DNA of 64,000 nucleotides, from NCBI GenBank assembly GCA_038142325.1, contig JAYQJW010000002.1, positions 766,575 to 830,574 on the forward strand. The letters are read 5' to 3'. Origin of the DNA: Gammaproteobacteria bacterium. GTDB taxonomy: Bacteria > Pseudomonadota > Gammaproteobacteria > GCA-002705445 > GCA-002716945. The notes beneath the pieces are model-generated. The model searched no databases. It had not been told where the DNA came from and saw nothing but the letters and a program-made list of their open reading frames with translations. The position numbers and the translations under genes were made by a program. Positions 20,587 to 33,411 of this stretch are shown in pieces; position 1 is the first letter of the stretch, and each line of letters opens with the position of its first letter.

Positions 20587-22505
20587 TTAACTAGCTCGAG
20601 AAAGTATTAGTAATAAAATCAAAGCTGAAATGATTACCAATGAATAATGATATATATACCCTGTTTGAATTTTTTTATTTTATTTGAAATCAAACTAAGT
20701 AGATTGGAAGTATTATTTACAAGGCCGTTATCAATTGTAGAGTTATCAATATTCTTCCATAAATATTCTGTAATTTTCTTTTGGTAGTTAGGTACAAGAA
20801 CTGAAGAGAAATAATTGAAACCATATTCTTGGGTGAGAATTTTTTTTATAGTATCAGGTACTCTAAATTCAAATGATTTTTTATAGAAAAAGAAATAACT
20901 GAATAGAATAGCAACAAATAATATTAAGAAATTAATTGTCAAAAATGAATGCAGAAAAAATTCCAATGAATTAATTACATAATCATTATAAAAAGACGAC
21001 ACAAGAGAACTTGAGGCTAATGACGATTGAAAAAGTGAACCATTCATTAGTGGGTCATAAATGAATAGACCAATAAATACTGAAGGAGCAGTAAGTATGA
21101 ATAAGGGGTAAATGATTTCTTTATCATTTTCCTCATCACTTGATTTAAACTTATCGCTAATTGTACTGTCGCCGAAGAATACTTTAAAAAATATTTTTGA
21201 TGTATAAAGGGTAGTTGTGAAAATAGACAGTAAAAGTAAAACATATGGTACTGTATGACCATAATAACCAATAGCATCAATAATAGTCTCTTTTGAATAA
21301 AATCCAGAGGTCAGTGGAAAACCAATCAGCGATAAAGAGGCATATAGAAAAGCTAGATATGTAATGGGCATATATTTTCTCAAACCACCAATCTTTCTTA
21401 TATCTTGCTCATGATGACATTTAATTATTATAGAACCTGCACATAGAAAGAGCAGAGCTTTAAAAAAGGCATGTGTTATCAAATGAAACATTGCAAGAGA
21501 ATACAAAGATGCGCCAAGAGCTGCGGTCATATATCCTAATTGAGATATTGTCGAGTATGCAATGATTCTTTTTATATCATTTTGCACAAGTGCTACCAGT
21601 CCAAGTAAAAATGCAGTTAATGAACCAACGTATAATATAAATAATAAAACGTCATCAGTTAATTCGTAGAGTGGAGATAGACGTGCAACCATATATATTC
21701 CAGCTGTTACCATAGTAGCAGCATGAATTAATGCGGAAATAGGCGTTGGACCTTCCATAGAATCTGGTAACCAAAAGTGTAGCGGTATTTGAGCAGATTT
21801 TGCCATTGCTCCGATAAACAAAAGAAAACAAACAGCGCTAAGAGTATTAAATGAATAGCCGAATATATTTAATTGATCAGAAAATATAGAATATTTTAAA
21901 TTAAATATCTCATTATAATCTGTACTGCCATAAATTAGAAAAATTAAACATAAACCTAACAATAGACCAACGTCACCGACTCTATTTACAATGAATGCTT
22001 TGTAGTTTGCATTGATAGCTGTATCTTTTTTTAGCCAGAAACCGATCAAAAGATAAGACGAGAGCCCTACAAGCTCCCAACCAATAAATAGTTGAAAAAA
22101 ATTATTTGATAGAACAATTAAAAGCATTGAAAAGGTAAAAAAGTTTGTGTAGATGAAGAATCAGTTATAAGAAGAGTCATTTTTCATATAGGCAATAGAG
22201 TAAAAGTGAACCAGCAGTGACACTGATGTTACAACAGAACACATGATTATAGACAAAGAGTCAATATATAATCCAAAGTGTAATGAGAATTGCTCAACGT
22301 CAGCAAAAGTGAATATATTATGTGATATTGCTCCAGAATTAGACGAATAAAATGAATATAGAATGTAGATAGATAATAAGAATGCTGCCAATATTGAAGT
22401 GTTAGAAATTATTGAGGTCAATTTCTTAGATGAATTCTGAAAGAATAGCAATAACAAGGTTCCAAATAATGGAAATAGCAGTAGTAAGCTAGTTAATGTG
22501 ATCAA
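20587..22505 (-). CDS. nuoL: NADH-quinone oxidoreductase subunit L; one in-frame TGA and one frameshift
   Basis: ORFs 22161-22505 and 20634-22127 are in the same frame, separated only by a TGA at 22161-22163: ..[22 protein letters not shown].., against E. coli GYM..GYSRFFAYTNLF. The true C-terminus ([26 protein letters not shown]) lies in another frame. It is reached by adding one T to the T7 run 20670-20676 and ends 3 nt before the nuoM ATG. Confidence 0.9.
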
Positions 22506-22807
22506 CCTTTAAGCTCCGATAAATCGTCTACATCTATAGATTTCTTACTTCTGAACAATACTATTAAAAGCGCAAGGCCAATTGCTGACTCAGCTGCAAC
22601 AACTGTCAAGACAAAAAAAACAAACACTTGTCCAGTTAAATCGCCAAGATAATTGCCAAGAGTAATTAAATTAAAATTTACAGATAAAAACATAAGCTCC
22701 AAAGACATAAGTAAAACAAGGATATTTTTTCTATTCAGGAATATTCCTGCTATAGATAGCGTAAATATTATCGTACTTAGAATTAAATAATAGCTGATGG
22801 GGATCAT
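22502..22807 (-). CDS. nuoK: NADH-quinone oxidoreductase subunit K
   Basis: It is a 101-aa 3-TM protein containing [11 protein letters not shown]. Confidence 0.92.
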   Translation of the reverse strand: MIPISYYLILSTIIFTLSIAGIFLNRKNILVLLMSLELMFLSVNFNLITLGNYLGDLTGQVFVFFVLTVVAAESAIGLALLIVLFRSKKSIDVDDLSELKG

Positions 22808-22834
22808 ATTACTCTTTTAATCCTGTAATAACTT

Positions 22835-23404
22835 TTAATCTATCTTTTTTGAAACCTCTATTTGTTTCGATGGATTTTGAAATTTATTATCTGGATTCTT
22901 CCGATATGTCAAAACAATAGCAGCAATGATGCCAAGTAAAAGAATCAGTCCCGCAATTTCGAATTCAAGTATGTACTCTGTAAAGAGTAAATAACCTAAG
23001 TTTTCAGTATTGCTCTCACTAATAATGTTTATATTGTTAACAGCATTGTAATTAATATTTTCGAAGGTATTTACAAAGAAATATATTATTAATAGATTAA
23101 AAATTATAAAAACGCCCAATCCTAATGGAAGGTATTTTATATATGCTGCTTTTTTTCTAGCTATATTTATATCTAACATCATCACAACAAATAAAAACAA
23201 GACCATAACTGCTCCAACATAAACTAATATTAATATTATGGATAGGAATTCAGCTCCTAGAAGTAACCAAAGGACGGCGGATAAAAAAAATGAAAAGACT
23301 AAATTAATAGCTGACAAGACTGGATTTGATGATGAAATAACCTTAATTGATGTGAATATAAGTAAGGCACTGAAAATAAAAAAAGTAATTAACTCTATGT
23401 TCAT
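22835..23404 (-). CDS. nuoJ: NADH-quinone oxidoreductase subunit J
   Basis: It is a 189-aa membrane protein in the conserved nuoI-nuoJ-nuoK position. Confidence 0.88.
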   Translation of the reverse strand: MNIELITFFIFSALLIFTSIKVISSSNPVLSAINLVFSFFLSAVLWLLLGAEFLSIILILVYVGAVMVLFLFVVMMLDINIARKKAAYIKYLPLGLGVFIIFNLLIIYFFVNTFENINYNAVNNINIISESNTENLGYLLFTEYILEFEIAGLILLLGIIAAIVLTYRKNPDNKFQNPSKQIEVSKKID

Positions 23405-23883
23405 TTGGAATTTATATCTCTATCTATAAGTTCTTGTTTTTCATACATATCACCAATTTTTAAAAGGTCGATTTTATTCATTACACCATCTTTCCTTCGT
23501 TCAAAATGATATTCAAAAATTCCTGTCTCTACTATGGCATCTACAGGACACGCCTCCTCACAAAATCCACAATAAATACACTTAAATAAATCAATCTCAT
23601 ATTTAGTGGTCCTTCGTGTTTTATCACTTCTTTCTTCCGTGTCTATAGAGATTGCTAATGCAGGACAAACTGCTTCACAAAGTTTACAGCCTATACATCT
23701 TTCCTCGCCATTAGGATATTTTCTCAGCGCATGCAGTCCCCTAAACCTGGTTGATAATGGAGTTTTTTCTTCTGGATATTGCACGGTGATAGGTTTTTTT
23801 GAAAGCTTCTTACCGGTAATTGTAAGACCCTTGAGAATCTCAAGGAAAAATAAACTTTTGATAAATTTAATTAAATTATTCAT
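23401..23883 (-). CDS. nuoI: NADH-quinone oxidoreductase subunit I
   Basis: It has two 4Fe-4S ferredoxin motifs, [12 protein letters not shown] and [12 protein letters not shown]. Confidence 0.95.
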   Translation of the reverse strand: MNNLIKFIKSLFFLEILKGLTITGKKLSKKPITVQYPEEKTPLSTRFRGLHALRKYPNGEERCIGCKLCEAVCPALAISIDTEERSDKTRRTTKYEIDLFKCIYCGFCEEACPVDAIVETGIFEYHFERRKDGVMNKIDLLKIGDMYEKQELIDRDINSK

Positions 23884-23885
23884 AT

Positions 23886-24899
23886 TTATAACGGCAAATA
23901 TTTAAAGTATATTAGTATACCTACAACAGTTAGCCAAAAGAATGTTATTGGTAAAAAAACTTTCCAGCCTAATCTCATAATTTGATCATATCTATATCTT
24001 GGAAGGGTAGCTCTCAACCAGAGGAATATAAAAATAAAAATAATTGTCTTTATAGATAGCCAAACAAAACCAGGTATGAATGAGAAATATGAATCTAAAA
24101 ATGTACCTTGAAAAGGAGATAACCAGCCGCCAAAAAACATAATACTTGCTAAAATACTAATTAAAATTAAATTCATATATTCAGCAAGAAAGAACATAGC
24201 AAATGCCATTCCAGAATATTCAACATGAAAACCAGCAACTATCTCTGATTCACCTTCAGAAACATCAAATGGCGCTCGGTTTGTTTCAGCAACACCGGAA
24301 ATAAAATAAATTAAAAATAATGGAAATAAAGGTAACCAAAACCAATTTAAAAATGAACCAGATTGTTCTTGAATTATTATTTGCAAGTTTAGACTACCAG
24401 ATAACATTAAAACACCAACAAGAGCAAAGCCCATTGCAATTTCATATGCAATAATTTGAGCAGCTGATCTCATTGAACCAAGAAAAGCATATTTAGAATT
24501 GGAGGCCCAGCCTGCGAGAATAACGCCGTAAACGCTAAGTGATGTAAGAGCTAAGATAAATAATAAACCAGCATTAATATCTGAAATAATAAAAAATTCA
24601 GATAAAGGAATTACAGACCAAACTAATAATGAGGGTACAAGCATAAGCATTGGAGCAGTGAGAAATATTCCCTTATTAGCCTGTGAGGGAATAATTATTT
24701 CTTTAGAAACTAATTTTAAAACATCAGCTATTGGTTGTAAGAGACCTGAAGGGCCAACTCTGGTAGGACCCATTCTTGATTGCATAAAACCAATTATTTT
24801 TCGTTCAGAATATGTAACATATGCCACTATTAAAAAAAGAGGTATTACAACAGACAATATTGAAACCAAAGTATTAATAATGTAGAAAACTATATCCAT
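23886..24899 (-). CDS. nuoH: NADH-quinone oxidoreductase subunit H
   Basis: It is a 337-aa ND1-like protein containing [16 protein letters not shown] and AETNRAPFD. Confidence 0.95.
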   Translation of the reverse strand: MDIVFYIINTLVSILSVVIPLFLIVAYVTYSERKIIGFMQSRMGPTRVGPSGLLQPIADVLKLVSKEIIIPSQANKGIFLTAPMLMLVPSLLVWSVIPLSEFFIISDINAGLLFILALTSLSVYGVILAGWASNSKYAFLGSMRSAAQIIAYEIAMGFALVGVLMLSGSLNLQIIIQEQSGSFLNWFWLPLFPLFLIYFISGVAETNRAPFDVSEGESEIVAGFHVEYSGMAFAMFFLAEYMNLILISILASIMFFGGWLSPFQGTFLDSYFSFIPGFVWLSIKTIIFIFIFLWLRATLPRYRYDQIMRLGWKVFLPITFFWLTVVGILIYFKYLPL

Positions 24900-24900
24900 A

Positions 24901-27141
24901 TTATAGGTCGACTAATGAATTATAAGCTCCAACCTTGTGTGCATGGGTTCCCCCAATATCTATGAGTAGAGCATTATTTGGTTTATCATGAGTTTTTTGT
25001 TTAATTTTGATTTTTAATTTTTTGTCATTTTCCATCATGATAAATTCTTCAGATTCATTTGAGATTTTGTTTGATGGTAAACTCATATAATTATCTTTGT
25101 CATGGGTTTTAAGGATAGATTCACATCTTCTTAGAGTTGGATTACTAGAATTAGGGTTTCTTATTATTATTTTCTCTAACATTTCGCTAACATTTGTTTT
25201 CTTTAAGTTTTTAGTAAAAACATAATTATTATCGATATTTATAGCTGACAGTATTTCTTTTAATTCATTATTGATTAATTCTAGATTAGAACGAATATCA
25301 AATTTATTGGCTAATGTGAGCAGAATGCTTGTCCCATCTTTACTATCTCCCAGAGGTTCTAGTACTTTATTAAAACGTTGATGTGTTTTATTAATGTTTA
25401 TGTAACTACCAGTAGACTCAATTTGAGTTGCTAATGGAAAAACAACATTAGCATACTTTTCTATTGCAGGGGTCATATATGACGAGAAAAATATGTTAAC
25501 TTTTGATTTTTTGAGTTGTTCAATAATCATGTTATCACTAGAAAAATCATACTCTGGCTCAAGGTTATAAAATATAAGCAATTCATTGTTATTAGTATAG
25601 CTATCACGGTCAATACCAGCAGGATTTGAAACTGGGTTACCTCCTGGTAAACGATGTGGTACTACACCCATTGCCCAAGCTCCAGCTGTATTAGCTTGAT
25701 CGCCTAGTAAAGCAATATTCGCATTAGTAGATTTTGCATAATGACTGATGTTATTTAATATAATCGAATAATTTGAAAGATAAGATAATGACGGACCAAC
25801 AATAATAAGATTATTTTGATTTTTATTAATATCAATAGAGGATAATTCTTCATTTTCATCATTAAACAGTTGCTCCAGTTCAGCGCTATTAAGTATGTCA
25901 GATTTAACTATTGGAAAATTTTCCTTGAATTCATATGTCGCAAACGAATGTATTCTTGTGCCTTTGTTATCAAATGCTTCTTTCAAGAAAACGGAAAGTA
26001 TAGGAAATTCTCTAGTAATATTTGCTCCAAGAATAATGATATTATCCATATCTTTAATTTGAGAAAGCTTAATATCGAAAGAGGGAATAATGGGATAGTT
26101 ATCTTGATATCTAAAATCACATTCTTTTGATCTATGGTCAATATTAAATATGTTGTTTTCTCTTAATATTTTCTGAAAGAGTAACATCTCTTCACAAGTT
26201 GACTGGGCAGAAATAAATCCACTAGATTTTATAGAATGTTTTTTAATACTATCTACAAAAAAATCACAAGCTGATTCAAATTTAGTTGGAACCAATTTGT
26301 CATCTTGCCTAAGAAGTGAACCAAGAACTCTATCTTCAGAAATAATACCTTCGTAACCATAGCGATCATTATCTGACAGCCAAGAAAGATTAACATCATT
26401 GTTTTCTTTAGGAATACATCGTTTAATTTTATTTTCATAGGTATGATAGTAAATACTAGATCCTAGGCAATCATTAGATGAGACTGAATATGTTTGCTTA
26501 AGATCCCATGTACGAGCACTATACTTATATAAGCTATTATTCAATGCTCCAACTGGACACAAATCAATTACGTTTCCAGATAACTGTGATGTCATACTTT
26601 TATTGATGAAAGTCTCAATTTTAGTATTTTCTCCTCTTCCAGTCATACCAAGTTCTTTTATACCGGCTACCTCCTCACCAAAACGAACACATCTACTACA
26701 ATGAATGCATCTTGTCATCTCAGTGGAAATTAAAGCTCCCATATCTTTGTCTATAACGGTTCTTTTTAATTCCTTATATGATGATTTATAATCACCATGC
26801 TCTAGTGATACATCTTGAAGCTCACATTCACCTGCCTGATCACATATAGGACAGTCAAGTGGGTGGTTGATGAGTAAGAATTCCATAGTATTTTTTTGTG
26901 CATTTATCGTTTCTGAACTTTTGGTGTTGATCTTCATGTCTTGTGCAACTAAAGTAGAGCATGCAGGCTGAGGATATTTTGCTCCTTCGACTTCAACCAA
27001 GCACATTCTGCAGCTTGCTACAACACTCAATCTTTTGTGATAGCAAAATCTAGGTATATGAATATTATTTCTATCAGCTACCTGAATAATAGTCTCTTTA
27101 TCATTGGCATCATATTTTTTATTGTTAATGTATATATCCAC
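24901..27141 (-). CDS. nuoG: NADH-quinone oxidoreductase subunit G
   Basis: It has an N-terminal 2Fe-2S and 4Fe-4S cysteine clusters ([19 protein letters not shown]; [14 protein letters not shown]; [10 protein letters not shown]). It is 746 aa. Confidence 0.93.
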   Translation of the reverse strand: MDIYINNKKYDANDKETIIQVADRNNIHIPRFCYHKRLSVVASCRMCLVEVEGAKYPQPACSTLVAQDMKINTKSSETINAQKNTMEFLLINHPLDCPICDQAGECELQDVSLEHGDYKSSYKELKRTVIDKDMGALISTEMTRCIHCSRCVRFGEEVAGIKELGMTGRGENTKIETFINKSMTSQLSGNVIDLCPVGALNNSLYKYSARTWDLKQTYSVSSNDCLGSSIYYHTYENKIKRCIPKENNDVNLSWLSDNDRYGYEGIISEDRVLGSLLRQDDKLVPTKFESACDFFVDSIKKHSIKSSGFISAQSTCEEMLLFQKILRENNIFNIDHRSKECDFRYQDNYPIIPSFDIKLSQIKDMDNIIILGANITREFPILSVFLKEAFDNKGTRIHSFATYEFKENFPIVKSDILNSAELEQLFNDENEELSSIDINKNQNNLIIVGPSLSYLSNYSIILNNISHYAKSTNANIALLGDQANTAGAWAMGVVPHRLPGGNPVSNPAGIDRDSYTNNNELLIFYNLEPEYDFSSDNMIIEQLKKSKVNIFFSSYMTPAIEKYANVVFPLATQIESTGSYININKTHQRFNKVLEPLGDSKDGTSILLTLANKFDIRSNLELINNELKEILSAINIDNNYVFTKNLKKTNVSEMLEKIIIRNPNSSNPTLRRCESILKTHDKDNYMSLPSNKISNESEEFIMMENDKKLKIKIKQKTHDKPNNALLIDIGGTHAHKVGAYNSLVDL

Positions 27142-27142
27142 T

Positions 27143-28420
27143 TTACATCACCATAGATTGTTTCTTATCAACATAATATTCAAACTCAACCCAAAAATTT
27201 TTCAAAAAGCTTATTACAGGCATAGCAGCAGCATCACCTAGTGCACATATGCAGTGTCCTTCAATTTGACTAGCTATTCGATTTAGTAAATCTAAATCAG
27301 ATTGTGTACCCTCTCCAGCTCTTATTCTCACTAGAGTTTTATACAACCATCCTGTTCCTTCCCTACAAGGAGTGCATTGTCCGCATGATTCGGCATAATA
27401 AAATCTTGATATCCTCTCGAGGACGGACACCATACAAGTAGTCTCATCCATAACAATTATACCGCCGGAACCCAGCATGGTTCCTATTTTCTGTAATGGC
27501 TCATAATCCATGGGTGTATCAAGAATATCTTCCCCTTTTACAACGGGTACAGATGACCCTCCAGGAATTACAGCTTTTAGCTTATGATCATTTAATACGC
27601 CATCACATTCATGAAGTAATTTAGAAAATGGTGTTCCTAAGGGTGCTTCTATGACTTTAGGTTTATTTAAATGACCGCTCATACAGAACATTTTCACACC
27701 AGAGGAACCGCCAGCTCCTAAATTTTTATACCATTCTGCACCATTTTTTATAATGTAAGGAACTGTGGCCAGCGTTTCAGTATTATTTATAATTGTAGGT
27801 TTTCCATACAAGCCCTCTACGGCAGGAAATGGAGGTTTGATTCTAGGCATACCTCTTTTACCTTCTATTGATTCGAGCATAGCGGTTTCCTCACCTACAA
27901 TATAGGCGCCTGCTCCAATAAGCGGGATTAAATCAATAGATACACCTGAGCTAAGAATATTTTTACCTACCAAACCAGCATTGTATGCATCTTTAATTGC
28001 CAAATTAATAACTTTCCACTGATCACCAATGAATTCACCACGCAAATAGTTATATCCAATAGAAGCTCCTATTGCATAACATGTAATTAGCATTCCTTCG
28101 ATAATTGAGTGAGGATTGTACCTAAGAAGATCTCTATCTTTACATGTTCCTGGTTCGCTCTCATCTGAATTACAAACAAGATATTTTTGTGTGTTAGCTG
28201 GAACAATAAAAGACCATTTTAATCCAGTTAAAAATCCAGCGCCTCCTTTACCTTTTAATTCAGCATCTTTAATAGTTTTTATGATTTCAGATTTTGAAAT
28301 CTTGTCATTAATTATTTTCTTCCATGCTGAATAGCCTCCAAGCTTTAGATAGGTATCTATGCTGGATGGTTGTGATTGATCAAATGTTTCGGTACAAACC
28401 TTAATCATCTTTAATGCCAT
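27143..28420 (-). CDS. nuoF: NADH-quinone oxidoreductase subunit F
   Basis: It has the FMN/NADH site GAGAYIVGEETAMLESIEG and the 4Fe-4S motif ESCGQCTPCREG. Confidence 0.96.
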   Translation of the reverse strand: MALKMIKVCTETFDQSQPSSIDTYLKLGGYSAWKKIINDKISKSEIIKTIKDAELKGKGGAGFLTGLKWSFIVPANTQKYLVCNSDESEPGTCKDRDLLRYNPHSIIEGMLITCYAIGASIGYNYLRGEFIGDQWKVINLAIKDAYNAGLVGKNILSSGVSIDLIPLIGAGAYIVGEETAMLESIEGKRGMPRIKPPFPAVEGLYGKPTIINNTETLATVPYIIKNGAEWYKNLGAGGSSGVKMFCMSGHLNKPKVIEAPLGTPFSKLLHECDGVLNDHKLKAVIPGGSSVPVVKGEDILDTPMDYEPLQKIGTMLGSGGIIVMDETTCMVSVLERISRFYYAESCGQCTPCREGTGWLYKTLVRIRAGEGTQSDLDLLNRIASQIEGHCICALGDAAAMPVISFLKNFWVEFEYYVDKKQSMVM

Positions 28421-28898
28421 CTATAATTTTATCAATTTTTTCATAAGTAAGATTCTCATAATTAATATGATTTACTTGCATCATCGGAGCTCCATTACAT
28501 GCCGCAAGACACTCCATCTCATTTTTTAAATAAAATTTATTATCTTTAGTTGATTCACCTAATTTAATTTTTAATTTTTTTTCTAAATAATCAACTATAT
28601 CATCTGATTTTCTTAACATGCATGAAACATTGGTACATACAGAAATAACATTCTTTCCAACAGGTTTAAGGTTGAACATAGAATAGAAAGTTGCGACTTC
28701 ATAAACATCAATTTTCTGAACATCTAAATACTTTGCTAACTCTTCAATCAATTCATCAGTTAGATATCCATTATTATGATGCTGAATAATTAATAAAGAT
28801 TCTATAATTGGTGACTTTTTTTGAGTTACAGGAAATTTTGATATTACCTGGTTGATCTCTTCTTGAACCTGATTATCTAAAATATTTTTATTAATCAT
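28401..28898 (-). CDS. nuoE: NADH-quinone oxidoreductase subunit E
   Basis: It is a 165-aa thioredoxin-like 2Fe-2S subunit (..[20 protein letters not shown]). Confidence 0.93.
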   Translation of the reverse strand: MINKNILDNQVQEEINQVISKFPVTQKKSPIIESLLIIQHHNNGYLTDELIEELAKYLDVQKIDVYEVATFYSMFNLKPVGKNVISVCTNVSCMLRKSDDIVDYLEKKLKIKLGESTKDNKFYLKNEMECLAACNGAPMMQVNHINYENLTYEKIDKIIDGIKDD

Positions 28899-30148
28899 CT
28901 ATCTATTTCTCCAAACACTATATCCTGTGTTCCAATGATAGTCACAACATCGGATAACATGTGGCCTTTGGACATTTCATTTAAAGCAGCAAGATGAGGA
29001 AAACCTGGTGCTCTTATTTTTAACCTATAAGGTTTATTAGCACCATCAGAAATCATATAGACACCAAATTCTCCCTTTGGTGCTTCAACACATGAATAAG
29101 TTTCACCAGCTGGTAAACAATATCCCTCACTAAATAATTTAAAGTGATGTATCAATGATTCCATGCTGTCTTTCATTTCATCTCTATCTGGTGGAGCAAT
29201 TTTTGAATTAGAAGATATGAAATCTCCATCATCATTTTTTAACCAATCACAGCATTGTTTTATAATTTTCGCAGACTCTCTCATTTCTTGTATTCTCACT
29301 AAGTATCTATCATATGTGTCACCTTCAGTACCTATGGGTATATCAAATTTAAGATTCTTATAGATTTCATAAGGTTGTTTTTTTCTCAAATCCCATTCAA
29401 CGCCTGAACCTCTTAGCATAGGTCCAGTGAAGCCAAGATCAATGGCTCTCTCAGGCGATACAACCCCAATGCCGACTGTTCTCTGCTTCCATATTCTATT
29501 TTCTGTTAATAAGTTCTCATATTCATCAACATTTTGTGGAAATCTATCCACGAAACTATCTATAAAATCAAGAAGAGTGCCTTCTCTGTTGTAATTAAGA
29601 CTTTTGATTTGGTCAAGATTTTGATTTTTGTTAGTCATGAACTTCGGCATAGTTTTAGGCAGGTCCTTAGCGACACCTCCCGGTCTATAGTAAGTTGCAT
29701 GCATTCTAGTACCAGAAACTGCTTCATAACAATCCATTAAATCCTCTCTTTCTCTGAAAGCATAGAGAAATACAGACATTGCTCCAATATCAAGAGCGTG
29801 AGCACCCAACCATAGAAGATGATTTAGAATTCGAGTAATTTCATCAAACATTACTCTTATGTATTTAGCTCTTTCAGGTATATCAAGCTTCATGATATCT
29901 TCAATTGCAAGAACATAAGCATGTTCATTACACATCATTGAGACATAATCCAGTCTATCCATATAGCCGATGCTTTGGTTGTACGGTTTTGATTCAGCTA
30001 ACTTCTCTGTTGCGCGATGCAATAAACCTATATGAGGATCTGCGCTACGAATGACCTCGCCGTCCATTTCTAAAATTAATCTCAAAACACCATGAGCAGC
30101 TGGATGCTGAGGACCGAAATTCATAGTGAAATTTTTATAATCACTCAT
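28895..30148 (-). CDS. nuoD: NADH-quinone oxidoreductase subunit D
   Basis: It starts [14 protein letters not shown] and ends ..IVFGEIDR. It is 417 aa and separate from nuoC. Confidence 0.96.
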   Translation of the reverse strand: MSDYKNFTMNFGPQHPAAHGVLRLILEMDGEVIRSADPHIGLLHRATEKLAESKPYNQSIGYMDRLDYVSMMCNEHAYVLAIEDIMKLDIPERAKYIRVMFDEITRILNHLLWLGAHALDIGAMSVFLYAFREREDLMDCYEAVSGTRMHATYYRPGGVAKDLPKTMPKFMTNKNQNLDQIKSLNYNREGTLLDFIDSFVDRFPQNVDEYENLLTENRIWKQRTVGIGVVSPERAIDLGFTGPMLRGSGVEWDLRKKQPYEIYKNLKFDIPIGTEGDTYDRYLVRIQEMRESAKIIKQCCDWLKNDDGDFISSNSKIAPPDRDEMKDSMESLIHHFKLFSEGYCLPAGETYSCVEAPKGEFGVYMISDGANKPYRLKIRAPGFPHLAALNEMSKGHMLSDVVTIIGTQDIVFGEIDR

Positions 30149-30788
30149 CGTTTTTCCTTATAACTTTTGGAACAAGTGTTCTTGCTTTAATATCAACTGG
30201 CTCATTTACTACTTGTTTCTTTTCCGGGTCATATTTAACTTGTGTATATCCCGTTAATGGGAATTTTTTTCTAAATGGATGGCCTACAAAACCATAATCC
30301 GTGAGAATTCTTCTTAAATCATCATGTCCGTCAAAAAGTACACCATAAAGATCATAAGCCTCTCTCTCGTACCAATCAGCTGATGCAAATAAATCTGTTA
30401 CAGACGGTATTATTAGAGAATCTTTCTCTAAAAAACATTTAACTCGTAGTCTTAGATTTTTATTAAGTGATAACAAATGATATACAACGCACAAATTGTA
30501 CTCATCTTCATCTGTGTCATCGGCTATATCAATTCTGCTATGTGAAGTTGGATTAATTCCTCTATTGTAACCAGTATTTGTAGCTTCTCGTGTTTGCCAT
30601 TCTGATATACCGTACTCAATATAGTCAACGGCACATAGATCTACAAGCTGAGTAAATTGTGTATTTATATCTTCTTTAAGAATCTTTAAAACTTTTCTTA
30701 AATTTGCGACTGTTACTGTACATGTGATGATATCAAGTTGTTGATAGTCAATAACATGCTCTTCTATGAGCTTTTTAATTTCTTGCAT
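30141..30788 (-). CDS. nuoC: NADH-quinone oxidoreductase subunit C
   Basis: It is a 215-aa protein with ..[26 protein letters not shown].. Confidence 0.93.
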   Translation of the reverse strand: MQEIKKLIEEHVIDYQQLDIITCTVTVANLRKVLKILKEDINTQFTQLVDLCAVDYIEYGISEWQTREATNTGYNRGINPTSHSRIDIADDTDEDEYNLCVVYHLLSLNKNLRLRVKCFLEKDSLIIPSVTDLFASADWYEREAYDLYGVLFDGHDDLRRILTDYGFVGHPFRKKFPLTGYTQVKYDPEKKQVVNEPVDIKARTLVPKVIRKNDE

Positions 30789-30790
30789 AG

Positions 30791-31270
30791 TTATTTAACT
30801 GAAATTCTATTCTTGTTTCTTATTTTGTTTTGAAGTTGAAGTATTCCATACAATAATGCTTCAGCCGTTGGCGGGCAACCGGGAACATATACATCTACTG
30901 GAACAATTCTATCGCAGCCCCTGACTACAGAATATGAATAATGATAATACCCTCCGCCATTAGCACATGATCCCATTGATATAACCCATTTAGGATCAGC
31001 CATCTGGTCGTAAACTTTTCTTAAAGCAGGAGCCATTTTATTTACTAATGTGCCTGCAACTATCATTACGTCAGATTGTCTTGGGCTTGGTCTAAAAAGC
31101 ATTCCAAATCTATCTAAATCATATCGAGACGCGCCTGCATGCATCATCTCGACAGCGCAACATGCTAGGCCAAATGTCATTGGCCAAAGTGAACCAGTTC
31201 TTGCCCAATCAAAAAGACTATCAGAGTCTGCAAGAACAAAACCATCTCTTTGTATATTTTCTAATCCCAC
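30791..31270 (-). CDS. nuoB: NADH-quinone oxidoreductase subunit B
   Basis: It has [10 protein letters not shown] and GCPPT, the N2-cluster cysteines. Confidence 0.96.
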   Translation of the reverse strand: MGLENIQRDGFVLADSDSLFDWARTGSLWPMTFGLACCAVEMMHAGASRYDLDRFGMLFRPSPRQSDVMIVAGTLVNKMAPALRKVYDQMADPKWVISMGSCANGGGYYHYSYSVVRGCDRIVPVDVYVPGCPPTAEALLYGILQLQNKIRNKNRISVK

Positions 31271-31617
31271 TCAAGAGCTCCTTTTTTCCATTCATAAATA
31301 AATCCAATTAAAAGTATGAAAATAAATATACCCATTGCAACATATCCTTCCATACCTATATGATCTAGTACAACTGCCCATGGAAATAGAAATGCTATTT
31401 CCAAGTCAAAAATAATAAAAAGAATAGCAACAAGATAAAACCTAACATCAAATTTCATGCGAGAGTCATCGAATGGCTCAAATCCACATTCATAAGGGGA
31501 GTTCTTCTCGTCGTCAGGATTGCTACCACCGAAAAAAAATCCTGCAGACAACATAACGGTTCCAAATAAAATTGCTAATGCCAAAAAAATTAGTATAGGC
31601 AGGTATTCATTAATCAT
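31261..31617 (-). CDS. nuoA: NADH-quinone oxidoreductase subunit A
   Basis: It is a 118-aa 3-TM protein containing YECGFEPF and is the first gene of the operon. Confidence 0.93.
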   Translation of the reverse strand: MINEYLPILIFLALAILFGTVMLSAGFFFGGSNPDDEKNSPYECGFEPFDDSRMKFDVRFYLVAILFIIFDLEIAFLFPWAVVLDHIGMEGYVAMGIFIFILLIGFIYEWKKGALEWD

Positions 31618-31669
31618 GTCTTATTATATCCTATATATAATGAATTACTAATATGCATTATATTAATCA

Positions 31670-32242
31670 ATGGACTCAGAAAATACCTTAAATACACTAG
31701 AAAAAGTCAGAGATAATATAAATTACCTCCTTTCTGATGGGGTAAAAAATAGAAAATCAGATTTTAGGACTTTTACGTTATGTACTTCTGGAGATTACCC
31801 TTCCGGCAGAACAGTAGTGCTTAGAGGATATAATTCTGATAATGGTATTCTAACCTTTCATTCAAATATTCACGCAGAAAAAATTGAGCAATTAAAAACT
31901 AATCCAAATGTTTGTTGTGTTTTTTACAGCAAATCAAAAAAAATCCAAATAAGAATTTTTGGTCATGCATGTATAAATCATGAAAATGGCAGATCATCTC
32001 ATTCATGGAATAGAATGAGTGACATGTCAAAAGAATGTTACTTTCAAGAACCAAACCCAGGAACTGTGCTTAGTAATTACGATAAATATGTAACAGAAAT
32101 TAAAGAGAAGGAGAGTATTGCGTTTAGTGTTATTGATATAGATATTAAAAAAATAGATTGGTTATATCTTAAAAGAGAAGGGCACAGAAGAGCAAACTTA
32201 TTCTTCAGTATTAAAGAAGATGATGTGTGGGTAAGCCCATAG
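31670..32242 (+). CDS. pyridoxamine 5'-phosphate oxidase-like FMN-binding protein
   Basis: It is 190 aa. The pattern RTFTLCTSGDYPSGRTVVLRGY..LTFHSNIHAEKIEQLKTNPNVCCVFY..IQIRIFG resembles the PNPOx split-barrel family. This is a family-level call only. Confidence 0.55.
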   Translation: MDSENTLNTLEKVRDNINYLLSDGVKNRKSDFRTFTLCTSGDYPSGRTVVLRGYNSDNGILTFHSNIHAEKIEQLKTNPNVCCVFYSKSKKIQIRIFGHACINHENGRSSHSWNRMSDMSKECYFQEPNPGTVLSNYDKYVTEIKEKESIAFSVIDIDIKKIDWLYLKREGHRRANLFFSIKEDDVWVSP

Positions 32243-32246
32243 ATTT

Positions 32247-32328
32247 TGCCGATGGCCGGACTCGAACCGGCACGACTCTCGCCACTGCCCCCTCAAGACA
32301 GCGTGTCTACCAATTCCACCACATCGGC
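32247..32328 (-). tRNA. leuU: tRNA-Leu(GAG), long variable arm, no encoded CCA (leuU position after secG)
   Basis: The minus strand reads GCCGATGTGGTGGAATTGGTAGACACGCTGTCTTGAGGGGGCAGTGGCGAGAGTCGTGCCGGTTCGAGTCCGGCCATCGGCA. The anticodon loop is TTGAGGG. The 5' end abuts the secG stop codon with no spacer. Confidence 0.9.
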
Positions 32329-32640
32329 TTATGGTTTATCGAATTTTTCTTGCTCATCAATTACTTTATCTTCAGTTGGTTCTGTAATTAGACTTTTAGA
32401 GCCTTGGCTTTTATTAGATGAGATATAGGCCAGGCTTAAACTAGTTACAAAAAAGCTAAGAGCAATTGCAGTAGTAAGTTTATTAAGGAAAGTCGCGTTC
32501 CCACGTGCCCCAAAAACAGTCGATGATGCGCCAGATCCAAATGCAGCACCTGCATCAGCACCTTTACCTTGCTGTATGAGAACTAAAACGATTAGTATCA
32601 CTGCAAGAATAATATGAATTGTTAGTAGCGCTGTTTGCAT
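32329..32640 (-). CDS. secG: preprotein translocase subunit SecG
   Basis: It is a 103-aa protein with LIQQGKGADAGAAFGSGASSTVFGARG. Confidence 0.92.
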   Translation of the reverse strand: MQTALLTIHIILAVILIVLVLIQQGKGADAGAAFGSGASSTVFGARGNATFLNKLTTAIALSFFVTSLSLAYISSNKSQGSKSLITEPTEDKVIDEQEKFDKP

Positions 32641-32652
32641 TGTGTATTTATC

Positions 32653-33411
32653 TCAGATTGTGGAACAAATATCAATAAATTTTTTAGGCATAAGTGATGC
32701 ACCACCAATTAAAAGTCCATCCATGTATTGTGTAGTCATCAAAGTGGAAGCATTATCAGGAGTTACGCTACCTCCATACAATATTTTGATAGACGAATAC
32801 TTTTTATTAAATTGATTTATCGTTTCTCTTATGTAATTAAAAATTAATGTCAATTCTTCTTGTGTAGGTACCAAGCCGCTGCCTATAGCCCAAACAGGTT
32901 CATAAGCAATAATTAAATTATTAGGAGAATTTTTAATTCTATTTCCGTTCTCCTTAAATAGATGCTTAATTTGATTCTTTAAAATAATTTTAGTTTTTTT
33001 ATTTTTATATTGATTGAGGGTCTCTCCAATACAATATATTATTTTTATATTTTTTTCATACAGCCTAGACACCTTATTTGATAATGTAATTTCATCCTCA
33101 TTCAGGACATGTCTTCTTTCAGAGTGACCGACTAGACAATATTTTATTTTTAAGTCTTTAAGCATTGAGGAAGATATTTCGCCAGTATATGCTCCATTAT
33201 TAAATTCTGAAACATTCTGGGAACCAATTTGAACTTTCTTTTTACCAAGCAATTCATTTACTTCTGATAAGTATACACTTGGAGGGAAAATTATAATGTC
33301 AGCGCTATATTGATTTTTTTGTACTGCGCTCGTTATGCTTTTCGTTAGACTAATAGAACTCTTTAGAGTACCGTTTTGCTTCCAGTTACCTGCGATGATT
33401 TTCTTTGCCAT
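32653..33411 (-). CDS. tpiA: triose-phosphate isomerase
   Basis: It has AGNWKQNG, VGHSERR and AYEPVWAIGSG. Confidence 0.95.
   Translation of the reverse strand: MAKKIIAGNWKQNGTLKSSISLTKSITSAVQKNQYSADIIIFPPSVYLSEVNELLGKKKVQIGSQNVSEFNNGAYTGEISSSMLKDLKIKYCLVGHSERRHVLNEDEITLSNKVSRLYEKNIKIIYCIGETLNQYKNKKTKIILKNQIKHLFKENGNRIKNSPNNLIIAYEPVWAIGSGLVPTQEELTLIFNYIRETINQFNKKYSSIKILYGGSVTPDNASTLMTTQYMDGLLIGGASLMPKKFIDICSTI

Noticed and set aside
21047-21280. A 77-aa minus-strand ORF nested in another frame inside nuoL. Similar nested ORFs occur at 26253-26438, 47604-47828 and 48014-48271.
   Set aside because: They are fully contained within well-supported genes on the same strand and out of frame. They have low-complexity hydrophobic composition and no independent start signals.
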